A stretch of DNA of 60,593 nt, counting the filler, from Porpidia crustulata (taxonomy: Eukaryota): assembly GCA_964255105.1 (NCBI GenBank). It is 13 parts of 13 records of this genome, joined end to end, with 100 filler letters (N's around TTAATTAATTAA, not from the genome) between each part and the next. Parts side by side here need not be neighbours in the genome. Positions count along the whole stretch, not along the records: positions 51,418 to 55,955 come from CAXUWE010002055.1; positions 56,056 to 60,593 come from CAXUWE010002056.1; 11 more parts are not named here. The stretch is one strand, 5' to 3'. A program made the translations under genes and the position numbers. Shown in pieces: positions 51,505 to 60,593 of the stretch. Positions within the stretch are counted from its first letter, which is position 1. Every line of letters starts with the position of its first letter. Under the pieces are notes generated by a model that ran no database searches, had not been told where the DNA came from, and saw nothing but the letters and a program-made list of their open reading frames with translations.

Positions 51505-52943
51505 TGGGACACTTTTTTTTAACTCTATAATAAATATAACTTTTGTAATTTACTTTCAGGTGTTTGCCGTGCCGGGTTTGGCACCCCCCAGATTGGGCAA
51601 AGCGTGCCGGCACAGCCCATCGCCGCTTTCTCAGGCCATAAATATTCGCCCGTCTCCCCTCGTCTTTCATCTTTTTCTTTCATCACCCTTGTCTCTTTGT
51701 TTGTTGGCTTCTCCTTTCCGTCTCATTATCCGTTGCTCGGATCTCAATCCACATCTGGGAGTCTCACGCTTGCGATGATCGATTCCATTGGCCCAGTTTC
51801 CACGCCGCTCATTTGGTCGAGACTTGTTTCCTACGATTCTGGTCATGGTCTTCTCCGTTTGATGGCGCGCATTTTTTTCCTTGACTTCTTGAATCGCTGT
51901 TCTTCGCGTTCCTCATCAGCGCATCCTGGATTGTTCCTCGACCTTCCTGTCTCCCTCTCTCAGTGTCCTCCAGTTTCCTGCCCACAGCTAGCCTCCTATA
52001 CCTCGCTCCATTGGCGTCGCAACCGTCGACCACCGGATATTAGGTGATCGCCATCGCCACTACAAAGGCGCGAGGGAGGTGAAGGCTGTCCAAAGCTACC
52101 GCCTGTGCGCCAAGACCAATCGAAAAAATGCCTCACACCATCCTGAGTGTGTTTCCCACTGTGCCGCCGGCGAATGCATGGCGTGATACTGTTGCCAGCG
52201 GTCTAGTGACATCTTCTGCAGAAGCCTGGCTTGCAGCGATTGGGCGGCCTCGTTCAGTTCAGCTCGGTCGAGTTTCAAGCACCAATCGATGTTGATGTGG
52301 CAGCGGCTCGATGAAGAGGATATGCATGTGCACTGCGCAGCACTGCCTCGATCGAGAGTTGGGCTGTTGGAGAATTGACACTTTCCTGTGCCGTCCTGTG
52401 CCCTCTTGCTGGAGATCCTTCATCCTTGTCATCTGCAGCGAAAGGTCCTCAGCTCGTAAAGGAGATTGTCTCAGTCGTGCCGATGCCGGGCTATGGAGTA
52501 TTGGTGGATCATTGATGATTGGCTTTGAAGGGGAAACTCCGCGCGGCCTGTGCTCTACCAAGTGCATGCAAGGCGTTCTACGAGGTGTTCTGTGAGGTTT
52601 GATCCATGGAGATCGACGATGATTCATGCGCAGGACTCCGGATACATATCGACCCGAGGGATATAGCGCGTGTATTGGACGGCAAGGAAACAGAAGAGGG
52701 GGGAAAGGAAACCATTGGGGGCTGAGCAACCCTTGAGGGTTGCTTGCAGCCAAGAGGGGGGCTTACGAAGCTTCAGAGAACCAGCGCAGAGATGGTGTGG
52801 CTCGCAATAGGATTGGGTGTACTTTTGTATCGAGAGCGGCTAATGGGCCACAACATAAAGTCCATCTTGCGCTCCCCTTTAGAACAGGCAGCGAATTCCA
52901 CTGTCTTCTCGTTTACAAGATTCCCTCGCGATCCTATTTCACA

Positions 52944-54711
52944 ATGGCTGCAGTTGACATGACCTCCATCCATTTCTACCAGCCACCGCCGGCGGTGATC
53001 CCAAGCCCCAGCCCAAAGCCATCAATTTTGGGTAGAGCTGGTGAAAAACGCAATGCAACCTTACAGCGCGACTGGTGGGGCAAGCCATTGAAGACGAATC
53101 GCGAAATCGGATCTCAGCTCCAAAGCAGGATGACTGGAGAAACCAGAGCCGGGGATGGAGGTATTTTTGAAACCCAGCGTCATGAGAAATCCATCTAATG
53201 AATGCAGAAAACTCGGAAAGAGCTGGGAACAATCGAGGCGGCGGCGACAGTGGCACCACTAATGAGGAAGACCTTTGCCTTCCATCCATCGAGCCTTTCG
53301 GAAATCCCCGCAACCTTTCGTCCGAAACCGAGAAGAACACACCTCTTCCACTGGAGGAGATTGACCAAGCTCTGTTTGATGACGAATTCTTCGACATTGA
53401 CAACTTTCTTCGCCTCCCCAGGGCCTGTGGAGCCTCATCAGCTTCAGAGAAATCTCAGCTTCGAGGAGGCGCCGCACAACCACCAGTGAAGCAGAGTCCT
53501 TTATCAAGGATGCCGAACCCAACGCTCCCTACCAATGACGAGCCTATGGCCGCAACGGCCACATCGGAGGTTTGGGATTCCTCCAAGCGCAAGGCAGACA
53601 CAGTCAATATGGACGAAGGTAGCAGGATTCATGGTAAGGCTATATCCACTTCAACTTCGACGTGCCTAACAATCTTACAGAACAGCCACTCGAAGTTCTC
53701 AATAATACCGGATTCAATAAGTCAGTTATCAAACCAACCTTCGAACCTAGTGATGGGCGGAACAAGAATCCAGACATCACGCCGACCAGGAAGCCCTCCA
53801 AGCTGGGTAGACACAACTCCAAGCGTGAGGCGCAGGATGAGCGTTCAGGTTAGTGCGCATGTCTCAATTGTTGTGAGCACGTCTGATAATTCTAGAAGAC
53901 TCGATCGTGATCGACAATGTCGACGATGACAGAATCGACATCTATGACTATGATTTCCCTTCATTGAAGAGGCGTACGGGACCGAAGAAAGCGACTTTAC
54001 AACCTGTATTCAAAGTTCCTTCTGGACTCGGATTCCTTTACGACGAAGCGCTGCAGAATCACGAGAATACTGAAAGCTCAAATTGGTCGAGTGAGGTCGG
54101 TGGCAGTCAAGGTGGGTACAGAATGTGGACCTCTAACTCAAAAGTGAAACAGTGTTTAACATTTCACAGACAACCCGTTCGTGGTGCAGGACGACGACTT
54201 CAAGACTGACGACGACGGCACTTCTGCTGAGATAGAGAGCATTATGTCTGAGATTGATACTGCAGACATTCAGCTCAACACATCTTGTTCAACAAAAGAG
54301 TCGAAGACATATCATTGCTCAGATCCTAATGCAACCGCCGAGCCTATTGATCGTCCATGCCCCCTCAGCATCACTTCATTCGAGGATCAAGAAAGGCGAA
54401 CTATCCACGACGGTAGGATGTCAGCAATCGTCGGTTCCGTCGGCGCTACCGCCACCAGACCCTTTGCTCCCGAGCAACCTCAGGGCCAAGGTGGCCCAGC
54501 AGAGGTTGAGAAGCAGGAGTGGGAAGTCACCAAGATTCTCGACAAGAGAGAGACCGGGTTGGGAACGGAATACAGGGTACGCTGGAAGAGTACATGGCTA
54601 CTCAGAAGTGAATTGGGAAACGCGCGAAGATTGTTGTGGGAGTATGAGGCAAAAGGTCGAGCACAGCATGGACACAAACGGGGCAGACCCACTCGCAACG
54701 ACAAAGTTTGA
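52944..54711 (+). CDS. 522-aa largely disordered protein with a C-terminal atypical chromodomain and AT-hook-like tail; 5 exons
   Basis: Phase-1 GT-AG introns at 53161-53207, 53634-53680, 53849-53895 and 54112-54169 join five ORFs in frame (1569 nt). The C-terminus reads EWEVTKILDKR..TEYRVRWKSTW...ELGNA..LL.EYE...HKRGRP. Confidence 0.8.
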
Positions 54712-55665
54712 TGATCGTTGTACCACTTCCCTAATAAATTGTTATCTTCTCAGCCATCATTCATGTACGACTATGTCATCACTTCACAATCAAACCTTTT
54801 CAATATTTTCCTCTGCTGCTTGCCCTCTTCTTTATCCTCTTGTCCGTTGTCTTCATTTGCCGTATCAGCACACCGCCGATGCCCACATGAGCCGTAGACT
54901 CCATTAGTACGAAACCTGCTCTTGCACCCTTTGACGTGGCTTTCTTTCGGTAGCCATTTTCTTCTCTTCTGTCCTTAGCTTTTGAATGATACATAAATGA
55001 TTCTCTTCATCTCATGGTACAGCCTCTACAGTACGTTCGAGAAATTTGATCGTTTATTGAAATACTGTTCATATGGGAAAGCTGAGTTCTGTGAGAACCA
55101 GGAGTACAGCATTTTCGGCACCTTTCACCGACTCAAAATATCACATCAAGAACAGGATGGATTGGTGATTGAGGTTTCCATCCGAACTCCCAGCGACGAG
55201 GCAGTTGTTAAAGGTTTCAGATCGACCGGCTCTTAAAAAGATCTGGGTTTCTTTTGTCTTCGTGAAGACGTCTCGTTCACAGAATAGACATCTAATTTCC
55301 TTTCAAGTTGACATCAATATAATCTCTTATGTCCTATGCCTCTCCGATGTCTCAAATTGTACTTGTAAACAGTAGTCAGTTATTCATCATAGCCTCCCTT
55401 GTAACAACGGACTACAATTGCCACGATTTTCTATCAATGTATCTCCAATACTACTAAAGCGCTGCCTTCAATGGGTGGGCTTGAAGGCCCTCCCCGAAAT
55501 ATTGGGGGGTTGCCTCATAGAGCCACCCACCCACCAAGCACCCAAACCAATGGGTGCCGAGGCCCCAACCCGATAAGACAAGAAAATTTCCGAAAAAGGA
55601 GTTCAAAAAGCCAAACGATTCACCCCTCATGCAATAGCGATCAGATTTTCGTAATTTTTGGGCTC

Positions 55666-55955
55666 CATTGAAGCCCTGATTCGGGCCTGAATATTGAGTT
55701 ACTCAACTTAAAATTATGACCATGGCGCATTGCGGTTACTGCAGTTGAATAATTGAAGCATTTTGATGTTTGGGTGCTGTGGTGAGGAGCGGAAGCAAGC
55801 GGGAGCTAGCACATTAAGGTTTCGGGCCTTCGGGCCCACCACCAAAGCGTCCGAACATCAAAATACACTTATTCAACTGCAGTAACCGCAATGCGCCACG
55901 GTCATAATTTTAAGTTGAATAACTCAATATTTAGGCCCTAATAAGGGCTTCAATG
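55666..55955. repeat. Long imperfect inverted repeat (arms about 119 and 116 bp, 55-bp spacer); fold-back or MITE-like
   Basis: 55666..55784 (CATTGAAGCCC...GCGCATTGCGGTTACTGCAGTTGAATAA...GGTG) matches the reverse complement of 55840..55955. The right arm runs into the contig end. Confidence 0.9.
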
Positions 55956-56856
55956 NNNNNNNNNNNNNNNNNNNNNNNNNNNNNNNNNNNNNNNNNNNNT
56001 TAATTAATTAANNNNNNNNNNNNNNNNNNNNNNNNNNNNNNNNNNNNNNNNNNNNCTCAACACCTTCAACCCCCCTTCCTCCTGCCTTTCCGCCTTCCGC
56101 CTTCCCCCATCCCATCCTATCCCGGCAAACACCCGCTCCCTCCCTTACCTAAAAAAATCCTAATTTCACCTTTCCTCAAACCCCCGCATTCATCCCTAAT
56201 AAACAACCTACCCCATAGCTCGCAATCCCGGATAGATGCGAGGATAATGTTGGCGGGTAGGTGGATAGGTTGGGTAGGGTAGGGTATGATCGCCTCCTCG
56301 CCTTCGTCTTGCCAGATACATACAACCTTTCCTAACTTTCCCCAATCAAACATCTATGATAACTCTGACTGTATACTTTTATGAGATACATCTTCGCCAC
56401 GCAAAGCAAAGGGTTACTCTGGACGGTGATGGTGATGGTGAGGGTGCAGATACTCGATCATCGGGATTTATTTCGAGTGGTTTTTTTGCAAGATGAAGAG
56501 ATGGAGAGATAAGATGTGATGTTATTGACTACGTATGTCCTTTCTTGGGAATGCTTCGAGTGAAAGTGAAAATTAGAAATTGTTGTTTGTTGGTTGGATG
56601 GTTGAATCGTAAGATTAAGGGCGGTTGGGAGGGGTCTTGAAGTGGACGAGGAGATTCTTGTAATGAATTTGGGTTATGTGGTAGTTATGGCTTTGGAGGG
56701 TTTTTTCGTTGTGTGGCTTGGATAACGCGAGGGTTCTCGAAAGCGGTCATGCTTCCTCGCGCTTGAGATCGAAAACGGTCATTATTAATCTTAAATTCGG
56801 GGTGTATATAATATAATATATGAATGTACATACCATCCTGCCCTGCTTCGCCGTCG

Positions 56857-58403
56857 TCACCCGCAGCTAAACGGCGCACTCACCTTCCCACTACCGTACG
56901 CATCCACAATCTGCTTCACAGTTACGTACATGCCCGCCACGCAGATAAACGCCCCCGCCGCCAACGTCGCCACGTTCAAGCCCGTCATCGCCCAGCGTGT
57001 TTTCAACGCCTGCATCCCCCCCTTGTACACCCACGTGTCGTAGAGCCAAAAGGCACCCGCCAAGCCGTAGGTGTACCAGCTAGCGAACAGACTGGCCGCG
57101 ATGCCGATGAGATAGTTGAAGATGGGCACGCCGACGGCGAGGACGAAGGCGGCGGCGTTCATGAGCACGACGAGGCCGACCCAGACGCTCCAGCCGAGGA
57201 CGGTGTGGCTGTGCAGGTGCCGGCTGGTGCGGAAGAAGCGGACGAAGAGGAGCTTGGCCGCGGTGTGCGAGTACAGGCTGCCGGCGATGAGGAAGTTGGG
57301 GATCGCGATCCCGTACGCGGCTTTCTGCCATTTGAGCGGGAGGGAGCTGAAGGATGGGGAGGCGACGGAGGGGCCGGTATAGATGTAGGTGACGACGGCG
57401 AAGACGGCGTAGAAGGTTGTGGCGAAGATCTGGAGGGTATAGGCGGCTTTCATGGCGTCGCGAGGGTGTTTCATCTCAGAGCTTTTGGGGGAATTAGTGA
57501 ATTTCGAGGTTTTAGGTCAATGGGTGTTTACATTAGAATAAAGAACATGAAGTGTCCTGGGATCGATGAGATCAGCGCGGTAAAAACGGCTCAGGGGAGG
57601 GTATATGTCGACTCACCGGCATATGCAAAGACTGGATTGGTGATACTGATGAATGCTGATACAAAGTCGGTTTTAATGACAATGTCTATGGGTACCCCCG
57701 CTGGATTGACGCCCGCGCCAATCATTGCCACCACACCGGCTACCATGATGCTAATTACGCTCAACACGCTCAACCAGCTTAGTCGGTCGAGTGTACGGGG
57801 TAAGGAAAATAGAAGCGTTGGTATGGCAAAGATGCCAGTGTAGAGCATCAAACAGAGCTTGTTGGAGGACAAGGCGCCCAGAGCGATCTGGCCGGCGAGT
57901 AATTGGCCTCCTGTGGCGAAGACGGCAAAGACGATAGTTCCAAAGGAAAGAAGTTCACGACCAGGCCAGCCAAACAAGATCATACCTGCGTCACCCATGT
58001 TGTGGACTGGGAGATGTAATTAGCCCGACTCACCAAAGGAGAAGTCATGCTTGAAGAACTCCACACCATTCTACACACCTTGGGGATGCCGGAGCTTAAA
58101 TCTTATAAGAAGCCAACTTGTGAAGAGCGCGAATACCCCGAGAAAAATGATAAGGATGAGACCAGGCACCAAGCCCACAACGGCAAGGGACGATGGCAAC
58201 GAGAGCATTCCATTGCTAACGATTTCAGCAATCATGAGAACCGCAACTAGCTGCCATGATAATGTCTTGTAATGAATATCATGGTTCTCTTCAGCTCCAA
58301 AGACATCATCGGCTGACTGGTGGTCACCGATAGCGGGGTCGGGACTCTCTTCTCCTCCATCGTACGTGCGATAGGGCTTTTCCTCCAGATACTTCTCCGA
58401 CAT
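56857..58403 (-). CDS. Second Mtr-like amino-acid transporter, 4 exons including a 25-nt microexon
   Basis: IHYKTLSWQLVAVLMIAEIVSNGMLSLP, RHPQ|VHNMGDAG, SLPRT, NPVFAYAG|HFMFFILI|SEMKHP. The microexon is at 57556..57532. Confidence 0.92.
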
Positions 58404-59738
58404 GTTGATGGTTGGCGTACAGCAGCTGGGATGAGTTCGACAACGCGCAAGAACAAGATGTGGGCATGATGACTTGATATAGGGCAGGGGATCCCCACTC
58501 CTAGTTTTGGTAAGCTAATTGCCGTATCAGGCAGCTCGACATCGATAAGGGGGTCTAGATCCCGTCTCAATAACTTAGGGCTGATGGTTAGCGCAAAGAT
58601 CTTCCACTTGAATGAAGCCATTTGACCGCTCTCTCTGGAGTTGGGTAAGAAGCATCGGGAAGCATCGCTATTGTTTTATCAACCGAGGTGCCAAGCTCTT
58701 GTCGGATCTGCTGCAACCGCAACGGCTCTGCAGCTCACTGCGAAGATCTCTGCGAAAGAAATGATCATGGATCTAAGCAAGGTACCCAAGATGATTTAAG
58801 GTTCATGCGGGTGCTGAAAGGCTCATGCAGAATTCTCTGGCTGTGCGATGACATCGAAGCGAGACACGCGATGGACCGAGTCGAAAAGCTGACGCTAATT
58901 TGAAGCCTTGACTAAGTCGACGTAAGCGTCGAAATAATCGAGTCTCGACGATTAAACCTTCCTTCCGAGGCCTTCAGCGGTGTACGATGTCAATAGTGGC
59001 TTGAATATCTGTCTGAATGCTATCACAAAGGGTCACTGAGCCCTCAAGAAGTCGATAAGATGCTTTGTAGAGAGACCAGTGCCATCAGTTCAATAGAAAG
59101 AACGTGGCTAGTACTCTAGCGAATTTTCGAAGCGGTGCTCCCATAATTCGCTCGTCATGTCATGCTCAAGCTAAGTCCTCCTTCTCCTTAACCTATGTAA
59201 ACTCCTTCTGTAGCTCATATTCTGTGGTACGTTGAAACATCTGAATCTTGTTTCCACACGAAAACCGTTTCTAATACCATAGAATGCATTGGACGGGAAG
59301 CAGATTCGGAGTCTTGAACCTAACTGCTTAGGTCTTTCTATGCATAGACTTCGCACGACCGATGTCACAGAATCTTGATGTTCCAGATCCAAGTAAGAAA
59401 ACGGCAGAATGCAGGATGCGGAAACTTGCGTCGAGTACTGTTTTCCAATTTTAGAGAGGAGAAACCATAGCATGTTTAGTCGGGGAGACCTGAATATGCT
59501 AGTTTGCTCATAGCCGCAGCGTCGATTGGTTCTGGCCTACCGGCTGAAGACTTGTAAAAATGTCGAGCATTAGTCAAGGTAATAAGAACGGTTCGACCTA
59601 AGTACCACCCCAAGATATGGACTCCAAAAGCCATTGGCGATAAGCCGTACCGAGTGTGCTCTATATAAGTTGCATATATCAAGAAATGGCAAGCGAAGAA
59701 ATGGCACGAGGCATGATAGGTAGGGCTGAAGTATGAAA

Positions 59739-59821
59739 CACTAGGGGTGTCAAAAGTCATTGGACCACTGAAGCACAAAACCCCTACAAAAGTGATCTAA
59801 TGATTTTTGATACCCCTGCCG
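59739..59821. mobile_element. Degenerate mini-MITE (about 83 bp) of the same family as the adjacent element
   Basis: CACTAGGGGTGTCAAAAGTCATTGGA at the left and an inverted degenerate copy TCTAATGATTTTTGATACCCCTGCCG at the right. Confidence 0.55.
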
Positions 59822-59824
59822 ATA

Positions 59825-60097
59825 CACCAGGAGTATCGAAAGTCAGTGGACTCAGCCCTACCGAGGCATCTCCAGCCCCATCAAAACATCGAATTCGAAT
59901 ACGACCAAATTAACATAGAGGAAATACAGGCACGCCTTCAAGAATGCTCTGACGATGCGTTTGTTGAATAAAATTTGATGATACGCCTATGAAATCAGAT
60001 TTATGATGATGGCTTTGTAAATAGTTATTCAATGTTTTGGTGGGGCTGGAGATGCCTCGGTAGGGCTGAGTCCACTGACTTTTGACACCCCCTGGTG
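59825..60097. mobile_element. MITE of 273 bp with about 70-bp TIRs; termini resemble Tc1/mariner elements
   Basis: Left CACCAGGAGTATCGAAAGTCAGTGGACTCAGCCCTACCGAGGCATCTCCAGCCCCA versus right (reverse complement) CACCAGGGGGTGTCAAAAGTCAGTGGACTCAGCCCTACCGAGGCATCTCCAGCCCCA. The interior is AT-rich and non-coding. TA lies on the left flank and ATA on the right. Confidence 0.85.
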
Positions 60098-60173
60098 ATA
60101 CTTGGTATTTTGCTTAGATAAGCTCCAATCACTGGAATCCACGTCTTTCTATCATGGAGCTTCGACAAACCCA

Positions 60174-60593
60174 ATGACCACCTATCTCCCCATTGCAACC
60201 TCACTTACCTCCACAGCCGGCCCCACTACTCACTCCTACTCACAGCGCCGATATTCAACGGATCCTAATCACTTAGCCCCCGAAGACGCCTTTCACGTAC
60301 AATCTCCTCCCCGTCGTCAGCGCGACAAGGAGCCTCACTCTCTGGTCAATGATGCATATGTTGATACCGAATCAGCTCCTAATGGTGTGAAGAATGGAGG
60401 GAATGTACGAAGGAGACGGGACAAAGACCGCGGCAGGAGTGGAAATCGCAAGGGTAACGGGGTGTGGAAGAAATTGCTCTGGGTGAAGCAGTCGTGTATG
60501 TTGCGTCCTCGTTTCTAATATCTAAAGATAATGTTCGCGATCTAATACCAAGAACCATATAGACCCCGACAACTACACCGATCCCCCCACCTT
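60174..60593 (+). CDS. GPI2: GPI-GlcNAc transferase subunit Gpi2/PIG-C; 5' part only
   Basis: HLAPEDAF...WKKLLWVKQS|YPDNYTDP across the intron at 60496..60562. Confidence 0.88.

Noticed and set aside
51800..52750. Minus-strand ORF fragments divergent from the chromodomain gene
   Set aside because: Stops occur in every frame I tried and I could not build a consistent spliced model or recognise a domain. It may be a decayed gene.
54510..54660. Chromodomain as part of a Ty3/Gypsy chromovirus integrase
   Set aside because: No RT, RNase H, integrase or LTR is visible, and the gene has spliceosomal introns.
4640..56011. Regularly spaced TTAATTAATTAA as a CRISPR-like or biological repeat array
   Set aside because: It is always embedded in N44 flanks and is a six-frame stop linker added during concatenation. 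ORFs ending in X-runs or LIN are artefacts of it.
56824..57843. 339-aa plus-strand ORF
   Set aside because: It is antisense to the GC-rich permease exons and has no recognisable motifs.

Overview
This is eukaryotic DNA from a filamentous ascomycete (Pezizomycotina). The gene families resemble those of a lichen-forming Lecanoromycete, but that assignment is inference. The window is not a contiguous locus. It is 13 unrelated contigs of 4595-4538 bp, sorted by decreasing length and joined by 12 artificial 100-bp spacers (N44-TTAATTAATTAA-N44), so adjacency across spacers means nothing. Genes are intron-rich and the ORF track fragments them; I rebuilt exon structures by hand. Recognisable genes: tyrosinase, LSB5, a HOL1-like MFS transporter, UTP13, KIN17/RTS2, YTP1, a stomatin, DUF3237, a GMC oxidoreductase, a DUF1749 hydrolase, NST1, two Mtr-like amino-acid permeases, GCV1 and GPI2. 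Most interesting: (1) contig 12 looks like a mobile-element fragment, with an intact 5-exon gene encoding SIM-like repeats, an atypical chromodomain and an AT-hook-like tail, flanked by GC-rich repeats, hairpins and a 290-bp fold-back; (2) two paralogous Cys-rich secreted effector-like proteins on unrelated contigs; (3) a possible SPATA22-like OB-fold protein; (4) a Tc1-type HTH gene with no catalytic domain; (5) a tandem pair of MITEs 76 bp upstream of GPI2; (6) recurrent C-rich to G-rich strand-skew switches near contig breaks. I saw no rRNA, tRNA or CRISPR. Family assignments come from motif recognition, not database searches.
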